This document shows, in pieces, positions 1 to 6,490 of a stretch of DNA of 12,911 bases. How positions within the stretch are numbered: the stretch's first letter is position 1; each line of letters begins with the position of its first letter. The translations under genes were made by a program, and so were the position numbers. Under the pieces are notes generated by a model. The model was not told the origin of the DNA, searched no databases, and saw nothing but the letters and a program-made list of their open reading frames with translations. The stretch covers positions 1 through 12,911 of the forward strand of contig JBKHHI010000172.1 in assembly GCA_046539235.1 (NCBI GenBank). The letters run 5' to 3'. This DNA comes from Coleofasciculus sp. Lineage in GTDB: Bacteria; Cyanobacteriota; Cyanobacteriia; Cyanobacteriales; Coleofasciculaceae.

Positions 1-51
1 TGAATAGTCCATCCGCTGACCAAATAAAATGATTACTCCAATTATCTTGTC

Positions 52-872
52 TGGGAGCATCCCATTTTGGAAAAGAGAGAAAGTTTATTCGCGATTTTAA
101 CTCGCGAATAATGACTTGACTTAAATATTTTCTTGCTCAGAGTCAAAAGAAATATCTAGTAAGCTATTTTTTAGAGAATCAATTGTTTTTTGTAATTCAG
201 ACACCATCGTTCTTTTGGCTACAGCCATTACAGAAGTGACATGGGCTTCACTTCCCGCCTTGCCCAAATGCTTATATTTACTTAATTTGGGCTTTTCACT
301 TGTGGTAGTGAAGGTGGGTGAGCTAGACTGTAGTTTGTAGTACCAGTAAATTAACTTTTAACCCCGTCAACAAATACAAGTCACTCTCAGCATTTTGATA
401 AGATTCATTTGCACTTAAGAGGAGGCAACATTTTTCTAGCAGAGGGCTATGGCGTGTATAAGCTTCTATCCCTAAAGCATCGGCTGGCTTTTTGGTAATC
501 TTTAGCTTACCCAGACAGCTTTTTAGGGTTCGGGTTTTTCCTGGTTTAGTTTGTGTCTTTTTGGTGATAAAAAAAAGGCGATTTGGGGGCTAACGTGTTC
601 TAATATCTGGTTTCTGACTGTAACTTCTATGTCGGCTAAGGTTTCCAAGCTGTCTGTGTCAAAGCGTGTTGTACAGAATCTCACTGGCTCGTTTTAAACA
701 AGCTTCCAGTTCCAGGCGTTCGGCTTGGTTCATGAGTAAACCTTGTGAATATCTACTTCTATATTATGTCACTTTGAGTTGTTCAAGTATACACAGGGAT
801 TTAATTCGCGATTAATAATCGCGAATTAAAAATTGACCTTTCCCGGCTATCTGCCAAAATGGGATGCTCCCA
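52..872 (-). mobile_element. Degenerate non-autonomous IS remnant bounded by terminal inverted repeats; transposase N-terminal fragments resemble ISKra4-type cyanobacterial transposases
   Basis: Perfect 19-bp terminal inverted repeat: tgggagcatcccattttgg (52-70) versus ccaaaatgggatgctccca (854-872). Each end also has a subterminal palindrome containing TCGCGA (85-94/102-111 and 801-813/817-829). Minus-strand reading from ATG at 733 gives MNQAERLELEACLKRASEILYNT, then a stop. Shifted frames continue FDTDSLETLADIEVTVRNQILEHVSPQIAFF and LKSCLGKLKITKKPADALGIEAYTRHSPLLEKCCLLLSANESYQNAESDLYLLTG, then stops. There is no ORF of 60 aa or more. The family assignment is from memory of similar N-termini and is not verified. 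Confidence 0.6.
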
Positions 873-874
873 AC

Positions 875-975
875 GAAACCCGCCTTCGCGGGTTCCAAAA
901 CTCTTAATCTTAATTTATTGTTAGTCCGCACAGGCGGACTTGGTTTGTCTAGCCGCGAATTCCATTCGCCAAGGA
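875..975. repeat. Cluster of small hairpin-forming dispersed repeats (cyanobacterial SDR/MITE-like)
   Basis: Hairpin aacccgc-cttc-gcgggtt (877-894). Hairpin agtccgc-acag-gcggact (923-940), followed by tagccgcgaattccattcgc. These are sequence types that recur in filamentous cyanobacterial genomes. They sit between the IS end and the pseudogene. Confidence 0.5.
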
Positions 976-977
976 AT

Positions 978-2095
978 AGGATTGATGTAGAGCTAATTAG
1001 CCGATGCTATTGGATTAAAGCGCGATCGCACATTAATTTAGGTCAATATTCTGCTGCGATTGAACAGTTATAAATTACCCATCGTATCAGTCAACCGTTA
1101 TCCTATCCTCGGCTTTATCTGGATATTTTAGCGGATTTACATCATCTCTATTGGCAGACAAAAGATTATCTAAAAGCCTTTAAAATTAAGCAGGAACGGC
1201 AAACCGTTGAAACCCAATTAGGATTAAGGGCGTTTATCGGTGCCAGTCGCATTCCATCGATTGTCGGGGCAAACCTCTCTCCAAACCTCTCTCCTTCAAG
1301 GAGAGAGGCTTTGAATACTCCACATTCTGTCCTCAATAGTCCCACTCATCTATTAAATACTCCCCCTTCCCTGGCAGGGAAGGGGGCTGGGGGGTTAGGT
1401 TTCATCGCCCCAGAAATTATCGCATCGGGGCGGGAAAAAGATGTGCGGGAATTGGTGGAACGGGTGACACGGAATGATCATAAAGTTATTGTCCTTCACG
1501 GTTTCTCTGGTGTGGGTAAAAGTTCCTTGGTGAATGCCGGATTAGTGCCAACCCTACGCCAAACAACCGCCAGTGGACAACGCATTCTTCCGATTTTGAT
1601 CCAAGTTTATACCGATTGGCTACAGGAAATTGGGCAGCAATTAACCGCCACGCTAGAAACACACAATATTCCCATCACTCAACCCCTCGACTCTCAAGCC
1701 GCGATTCTAGAAGCCTTGCGCCAGAGTGAAACTCAGCAGGTGCGAATTGTGTTCATTTTTGACCAGTTTGAAGAATTCTTTTTTGTGGCGAATAGAAAAG
1801 CCTTAAGAAATGAATTATTTAGGTTTTTTGGCAACTGCTTAAATATTTTACCTGTTAAGATTATCTTTTCTATCCGTCGGGATTATTTGCATCATTTGGT
1901 AGATAGACCGGGGATGGAAGCAATTGGTAATGACCTTTTGGCGCTTCAGATGACAATACGGTGCGGTTGTGGCGGGTGGAGACATTAGACGACCTGCTGG
2001 TTCGGGGTTGCGACTGGTTGCGGGACTATCTCAGCACTCATCCCGATGTCAGCGATATTGATGAGTTTTGTGCAGGGGAATTAGAGAGGGGGTAG
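978..2095 (+). pseudogene. Remnant of a TPR / nSTAND-type P-loop NTPase / WD40-repeat protein (5' truncated, in-frame stop, internal deletion with frameshift)
   Basis: One frame (mod 3 = 0) reads ..VELISRCYWIKARSHINLGQYSAAIEQL, TAA (1071-1073), ITHRISQPLSYPRLYLDILADLHHLYWQTKDYLKAFKIKQERQTVETQLGLRAFIGASRI.. It continues IAPEIIASGREKDVRELVERVTRNDHKVIVLHGFSGVGKSSLVNAGLVPTLRQ (Walker A GxSGVGKSS), IVFIFDQFEEFF (Walker B) and RRDYLHHLV. At about 1930-1945 homology jumps to frame 2: GASDDNTVRLWRVETLDDLLVRGCDWLRDYLSTHPDV..ELERG, stop at 2093-2095. That is the last WD40 blade plus the typical C-terminal tail of cyanobacterial WD40 proteins. Confidence 0.75.
1270..1400. repeat. In-frame insertion of small palindromic dispersed repeats inside the NTPase pseudogene
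   Basis: Direct repeat aacctctctcc x2 (1273-1294). Hairpin cctctctcc-ttcaa-ggagagagg (1286-1308). Perfect 11-bp stem cccccttccct-ggc-agggaaggggg (1362-1386), followed by ctggggggtt. It translates as ANLSPNLSPSRREAL...PPSLAGKGAGGLGF between conserved protein segments. Confidence 0.6.
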
Positions 2096-2141
2096 AGTGT
2101 TGAATTAGAGGGATTTTTTTACCAAATAACCCTCTGAGTGA

Positions 2142-2231
2142 CGCGATCGCACTCGACCTATTGAGAATAAGAATAGAAGGATAGGCTTTATCAGTGTAGG
2201 TTGAGTCAACCCTGAACCCTGCACCGTAGGG
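2142..2231. repeat. Dispersed repeat copy A (HIP1-containing), upstream of the 2271 ORF
   Basis: cgcgatcgcactcgacct (2142-2159) is identical to 6491-6508. It is followed by related tga(g/a)aataa..ggatag, a short hairpin, and aaccct(ga/at)accct. Confidence 0.5.
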
Positions 2232-2270
2232 CTAAAATTTTCATAGAAACTATTATTCTTCCCTTGAGCT

Positions 2271-2702
2271 ATGATACCAGAATTAACCGTAGAAGCTGCC
2301 AAAATTGTATGCGGTGCAGTTATTGAAACCAGTGTGGGCAAAGCAACAGAAGAGGCAATTATTAAACTGCGAGATACTATAAAGCGCAAATTGTCAAGCA
2401 ATCCCGAAGCCGATCGCGCGATCGCAGCCGCCCAAAAGGGTTCTCAACCGGACTTCGCAAAGGTAACACAGTATTTACAAGCGGCGATGAAACAAGATCC
2501 GGCTTTTGCCCAAGAGGTGGAACGTTTAGCTGGACAGGTTGTGAACATCAGTAGTATAGCCGATCAGCGGACTGTGAATAAAAAGAGCGATCGCAGCAGC
2601 CGCACGGTTCAGGTGAAAGCCGAGACAACAGGCGATATTATTAGCGATATTAAAGCCGACTCCATTGGGCGAATTGGCGGGAAGGATACCCACTACCACT
2701 GA
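2271..2702 (+). CDS. N-terminal helical module plus low-complexity linker of a STAND NTPase, terminated by an in-frame TGA; probably once contiguous with 2811..5303
   Basis: 143-aa ORF: MIPELTVEAAKIVCGAVIETSVGKATEEAIIKLRDTIKRKL...AFAQEVERLAGQVVNISS, then the linker TVNKKSDRSSRTVQVKAETTGDIISDIKADSIGRIGGKDTHYH. It is in the same frame as the downstream NB-ARC ORF, with no other stop between them. This helical-head plus repetitive-linker layout is common at N-termini of cyanobacterial STAND proteins, recalled from memory. Confidence 0.6.
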   Translation: MIPELTVEAAKIVCGAVIETSVGKATEEAIIKLRDTIKRKLSSNPEADRAIAAAQKGSQPDFAKVTQYLQAAMKQDPAFAQEVERLAGQVVNISSIADQRTVNKKSDRSSRTVQVKAETTGDIISDIKADSIGRIGGKDTHYH

Positions 2703-2810
2703 CTACTGGTAGAAAATCAGCGCAGCACCCCACCAAATTTAGATGAAATCCGCCCCAGTACCGATAATTGGCAAGGGCGAAAATTAGAACGCCAAACTAT
2801 TCGGGATTGG

Positions 2811-5303
2811 ATGGCGGATGGGAAGACTCGTTTAATTGGAATTACGGGTATCGGTGGGTTGGGTAAATCGACGCTGGCGGCTAAGATTTACGACGAGGAT
2901 AGTCGCGAATTTGCCGATAAAGTTTGGGCAGATATTAGCCGGATTGGGTTTACCGAGTTAGCGCGGCGCGTCTTATTGAAATTTGGATTATCTCCGGAAA
3001 CCATCCAGGCGATACCTGAACAATCCCTGGGAGATGCATTAGTGAATCATCTACGTCAGGGGCGGTATTTGCTGGTGATGGATAATCTAGAAACCCTACT
3101 GCAATCTGATAGTGAGGATAACAAGAATACGTCTATTCGCGATGAATCCTATCGGCAGTTTTTCTATAGCTGGCTGCAATGTGGCGGCAAAAGTGTGGTG
3201 TTGGTGACAACGAGAGAACGCCTGGATTTGCCACCGATTCGATGTCAATGGTTATCTTTACCAGGATTAGAACCTGTGGAAGGGGCGACGTTATTGCAGG
3301 CGTTGGGAATTCGGGGAACCGAGGAGGAATTCGTCAAGTTTTCCCAGAAAGTAGAGGGACATCCGTTATTATTAACGCTGGTGGCTGGGTTTTTATTAGA
3401 AGAGGAAGAAGTTGATCCACAGATTCGGTATTTGCATCGCTATGGGTTGGCGGATATATCCCATTTATTAACGGATGAAAATTTAAAAGGATTGCATCGG
3501 GGTATAGTTGATATCTGGATGCGGCGGGTATTAGATGAGAGTTTTGGGCGGATTAGTCAGAGAGTGCAGCAATTGGTATTGGGAGTATGTGTTTATCGAA
3601 TTCCCTTCAATTCAGCCATGGCGTTGGCGCAGATTCGTAGTCTCTCTTTTGAAGGGGATTTGGAGGTATCTCAACCTCAAAATAAGCAGGAAAGATCCTC
3701 TCTAGATTCTTCCTTAGATTCTCCAGATTCTCTTAGCCCCCCTTTTGAAGGGGGGTTGGGGGGATCTAAAAGGGGCAACATCGAGACCAAAAGCATTGAG
3801 AAAGATTTTCGCCAGTTGGTGAGACGTTCTCTACTACAGGAAGAGAGAGATAAAGATGGGGGGCGATGGTTTAAGTTTCAGCCATTGATTCAGGAGTATG
3901 CGAAATGCCAAGCGGGAGATTTAACCCAGGCGCATCAACGGGCGATTGATTATTATCGTTTAAATACTCAACAACCTCCTTGGGAAAAAATAGAGGATAT
4001 AACAGAATATCTGGAACTCTTCAATCACTGGTGTGAACTTCAACAGTATATTCCAGCTTTGAACATTCTGCGCTACTGCAATGAGTTTTTAGCATTGCGT
4101 GGGTATAGTCAGATTCAGGTTAAATTGTATAATCAATTAATTGGGGAGTGGAATCGAAGCAAGTTAGATTGGGTATTTGGTGGATTACTTAGAGATTTGG
4201 GAACTACTTATTATCATTTAGGAGAATACAAAAAATCTATCGTATACACGCAGCAGTCTTTAGCTATATTTGAGGGAATTGGTAATTGCACTGATATTGC
4301 TATTTCTCGGCTGAACTTGGGTAACGTTTATTATTTTATAGGAGATTATAAAAAATCAATAGAATACTCTCAGCAAGCTTTGGATTTATTGAAAAATAAC
4401 GGTAATTATTTTCGAGATAACTTTCTTTTACAAAAGTACATTGCTATTTGTCTGAATAATTTAGGAAATGCTTACCGTTCACTAGCAGACTATAAACAAG
4501 CAATTGAATACCATAAAAAATCTTTGGATTTATTTGAAGAAATTGGCGATCACATTAACAGTAAAAAGCTCCTGATAAATTTAGGTAATGTTTATTTTTC
4601 AATGGCAGACTATAAACAGGTAATTGAATACGATAAAAAATCTTTAGCTATATTGAAAGAGATTGGTGATCAAAGTGGAATTGCTAGTTCTTTGGATAAT
4701 TTAGGCTGTGTTTGCAGTTCTTTAGGAGAATATAAAAAAGCAATAGACTATCATAAACAGTCATTATTGATTCGTCAGGAAATAGGAAATCGCAGTGGAA
4801 TTGCTAGTTCTTTATCCAATTTAGGCGCTGTTTACCATTTCCTAGGAGAATACCAACACTCAATTGAATACTATCAACAAGCTTTTGAAATCAAACATGA
4901 AATAGGCGATCGCTGTGGTATGGCAGAGACCTTCGTCGGCTTGGGTAATACTTATAGTTGCTTAGGAGAATACCAACGGTCGATTGAATATTATCAGAAA
5001 GCTATGGTGATTTGTGAAGAAATTGGTGATCGTAATAGTCTTGCTGTTACTCTAGATAATTTTGGGATTGTTTATCATTGCCTTGGGCAATATACAAAAG
5101 CAATAAAATATTTTCAGCAATCTTTAGCGATTCAACGAGAAATAGGTAATCGCAGAGGTATAGCTAATGCATTAGGAAATTTAGGTAATACTTATAATTT
5201 CCTAGGACAATATCAAGACTCTATTGAAGCTTCAATGGAGTCTATGGCGAATTATCCGCGCCTCCATCAAGCGCCAGCCTCAGCACCCATGAGAAACAAT
5301 TGA
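2811..5303 (+). CDS. NB-ARC (AP-ATPase) STAND NTPase with C-terminal TPR array (NLR-like protein)
   Basis: Walker A GITGIGGLGKSTLA (about 2841-2880). Walker B YLLVMDNLE. VLVTTRER (sensor/RNBS-B-like). GHPLLLTLVAG (GxP motif). Winged-helix region ending WFKFQPLIQEYAK. Then 8 full and 1 partial 40-aa TPR units (LGNxYxxLGxYxxxIEYxxQxLxIxxEIGxRxG). The true coding region probably starts upstream of ATG 2811; see findings. Confidence 0.85.
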   Translation: MADGKTRLIGITGIGGLGKSTLAAKIYDEDSREFADKVWADISRIGFTELARRVLLKFGLSPETIQAIPEQSLGDALVNHLRQGRYLLVMDNLETLLQSDSEDNKNTSIRDESYRQFFYSWLQCGGKSVVLVTTRERLDLPPIRCQWLSLPGLEPVEGATLLQALGIRGTEEEFVKFSQKVEGHPLLLTLVAGFLLEEEEVDPQIRYLHRYGLADISHLLTDENLKGLHRGIVDIWMRRVLDESFGRISQRVQQLVLGVCVYRIPFNSAMALAQIRSLSFEGDLEVSQPQNKQERSSLDSSLDSPDSLSPPFEGGLGGSKRGNIETKSIEKDFRQLVRRSLLQEERDKDGGRWFKFQPLIQEYAKCQAGDLTQAHQRAIDYYRLNTQQPPWEKIEDITEYLELFNHWCELQQYIPALNILRYCNEFLALRGYSQIQVKLYNQLIGEWNRSKLDWVFGGLLRDLGTTYYHLGEYKKSIVYTQQSLAIFEGIGNCTDIAISRLNLGNVYYFIGDYKKSIEYSQQALDLLKNNGNYFRDNFLLQKYIAICLNNLGNAYRSLADYKQAIEYHKKSLDLFEEIGDHINSKKLLINLGNVYFSMADYKQVIEYDKKSLAILKEIGDQSGIASSLDNLGCVCSSLGEYKKAIDYHKQSLLIRQEIGNRSGIASSLSNLGAVYHFLGEYQHSIEYYQQAFEIKHEIGDRCGMAETFVGLGNTYSCLGEYQRSIEYYQKAMVICEEIGDRNSLAVTLDNFGIVYHCLGQYTKAIKYFQQSLAIQREIGNRRGIANALGNLGNTYNFLGQYQDSIEASMESMANYPRLHQAPASAPMRNN
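3644..3770. repeat. In-frame small dispersed repeat insertion inside the NB-ARC/TPR gene
   Basis: Two related copies: ctcttttgaaggggatttggaggtatc (3644-3670) and cccttttgaaggggggttggggggatc (3740-3766). The second forms the hairpin cccccc-ttttgaa-gggggg (3737-3755). They encode SFEGDLEVS...PPFEGGLGGS within the winged-helix/linker region. This is the same C-run/loop/G-run + tgggggg architecture as 1362-1396. Confidence 0.6.
4186..5235 (+). repeat. Tandem ~120-bp coding repeats (TPR units)
   Basis: The period is exactly 120 bp in places: agtggaattgctagttcttt at 4674 and again at 4794. The protein units are listed under the CDS. Confidence 0.85.
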
Positions 5304-5378
5304 ACAGATAAACCACCTATCATATAATTTCCACCTACTTCTTCCAACCTTGACAAATTCCCCTCAATACTGCCAATT

Positions 5379-5418
5379 CCTCTGCGTACCTCTGCGTTTT
5401 CCTCTGCGTCCTCTGCGT
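5379..5418. repeat. Short tandem nonamer CCTCTGCGT x4, with 1-3 nt spacers between copies 1-2 and 2-3 (copies 3 and 4 are directly adjacent)
   Basis: cctctgcgt at 5379, 5389, 5401 and 5410. It is followed by a small palindrome ggcac-taaa-gtgcc (5461-5474). Confidence 0.7.
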
Positions 5419-5523
5419 TAAAAAAACATCATGTCGATACCGACACATCGGACAGTATAAGGCACTAAAGTGCCTACTACAAACTATTTTAACCTGTCAT
5501 TGGAGACTGAAGGGAAGAATCTC

Positions 5524-5548
5524 GCCAGATGTATTCGTAACATCTGGC
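5524..5548. terminator. Candidate stem-loop downstream of the PIN toxin gene (weak terminator candidate)
   Basis: Perfect 9-bp stem gccagatgt-attcgta-acatctggc, 20 nt beyond the minus-strand stop at 5569. There is no clear U-tract on the minus strand. Confidence 0.25.
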
Positions 5549-5568
5549 TTCAGGTCATTCTATTTGAT

Positions 5569-5997
5569 TCAGGGGATAATTTCAAAACTTTCACAATGTC
5601 GAGGTCGAAATAATCTAAAGTCACGCTGATCCAATGTTAATATTTTTGTACTTCCAAAGCGTTCGGCTACAGCCATAACACTTGCATCCACAAAATCAAT
5701 CCGACTATCTGCATACTCTGCCAATATTTCTGCTACCCTTTCTATGTCTTGATCGGTCAAGGCAACTAAACGAAATCGACTGGCAGATAGTCCTCGTAAA
5801 AAACTGACTACCGTTGTTATTCCCGCATTACGCCCAACTAAATAAGCCACTTCTGCCAATACGGTTTGTGGTAATAAAATTGCCGATGTTTTGCGTGAAT
5901 AAATCGTCGTCACACTTCTATGCATCGTATCTAAGCGATTCAACAGGGCAACAACAAACCCCGTATCAGCTACGGCTGAGATTCTTTCCATGTCCAC
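5569..5997 (-). CDS. vapC: PIN-domain ribonuclease toxin (VapC-like, type II TA)
   Basis: The acidic PIN residues are in the expected order: AVADTGF (N-terminal D), LAEVAYL (E), IDFVDASVMA (D), LTLDQRDF (D). The protein is about 140 aa. Start is GTG 5997 or ATG 5991. It overlaps the upstream small antitoxin-like ORF. Confidence 0.85.
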   Translation of the reverse strand: MDMERISAVADTGFVVALLNRLDTMHRSVTTIYSRKTSAILLPQTVLAEVAYLVGRNAGITTVVSFLRGLSASRFRLVALTDQDIERVAEILAEYADSRIDFVDASVMAVAERFGSTKILTLDQRDFRLFRPRHCESFEIIP

Positions 5998-6239
5998 CCC
6001 GATTTTTCAGTAATCTCTTGTTGCAGTATTTCTTCTGAACGAATGGCAAGATCACTCGTACTAGCAAATAGTCCCACCAACGGATCAGAGTCAACATTGG
6101 TATTCTCGATTGATGAGGGCGTTTCCTGAGATAGGTTAATTTGTTGGCGAATCAACCTTGACAACGCTTCAATTAATTGCATTTTCTCATCAAGAGTGAG
6201 GCTGCCCGATAGATGGAGTACCTCGTTATAATTAGCCAT
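5970..6239 (-). CDS. Small antitoxin-like protein partnered with the PIN toxin (addiction-module-component-like N-terminal helix)
   Basis: 89 aa. The motif LTLDEKMQLIEALSRLIRQQ resembles the LSxEERxxLxxxLxxSL motif of putative addiction module components. SD-like aaggaaag lies 5-12 nt upstream of ATG 6239. Its stop overlaps the toxin start by 22-28 nt. Confidence 0.7.
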   Translation of the reverse strand: MANYNEVLHLSGSLTLDEKMQLIEALSRLIRQQINLSQETPSSIENTNVDSDPLVGLFASTSDLAIRSEEILQQEITEKSGWTWKESQP

Positions 6240-6338
6240 AGGGTCTTTCCTTGAACAACATTCCTTTGAACACTTATTTTAGCCCAAATAGCCATGTATG
6301 ATGGGCAAAGATTGTCAACCAGAAAATGCCGATAGTAG

Positions 6339-6366
6339 GGTGGGTTTCGACTTCGCTCAACCCACC
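6339..6366. repeat. Small dispersed hairpin repeat
   Basis: ggtgggtt-tcgacttcgctc-aacccacc, a motif type that recurs in cyanobacterial intergenic DNA. Confidence 0.45.
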
Positions 6367-6490
6367 AGCATACCAGTCAGTACCATGTGTTTGTCGTCAG
6401 CGATGGGATGGGAATCGGGCGCAAGACGAGACGCCCTGACAAGGTGGTAAATAAACGGGAGCTTGTAACATCTCGTTACAATGGACTTGG

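Noticed and set aside
864-1073. 69-aa plus-strand ORF as an independent gene
   Set aside because: It starts inside the IS terminal inverted repeat and reads through hairpin repeats. Only its last ~30 aa are real, being a TPR-like piece of the NTPase pseudogene. It ends at the in-frame TAA of that pseudogene.
2105-2401. 98-aa minus-strand ORF, with the similar 6397..6606 minus ORF sharing GRVRSR
   Set aside because: The shared peptide is just the translated dispersed repeat (cgcgatcgcactcgacct). 2105..2401 also overlaps the start of the better-supported 2271 ORF.
2700-2702. TGA as a selenocysteine codon
   Set aside because: There is no SECIS-like stem-loop in the 40 nt downstream (ctactggtagaaaatcagcgcagcaccccaccaaattt), and the position is in a linker rather than a redox motif.
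3179-3415. 78-aa alternative-frame ORF inside the NB-ARC gene
   Set aside because: It is embedded in a CDS with clear NB-ARC motifs, and its product is Gly/Arg-rich nonsense.
5379-5418. CRISPR array, considered for the nonamer run here and for the heptamer run at 12114-12148
   Set aside because: The repeats are 7-9 nt and directly adjacent or separated by 1-3 nt. There are no spacers of CRISPR size.
5814-6038. 74-aa plus-strand ORF
   Set aside because: It is antisense to the PIN toxin and antitoxin genes, which have clear motifs.
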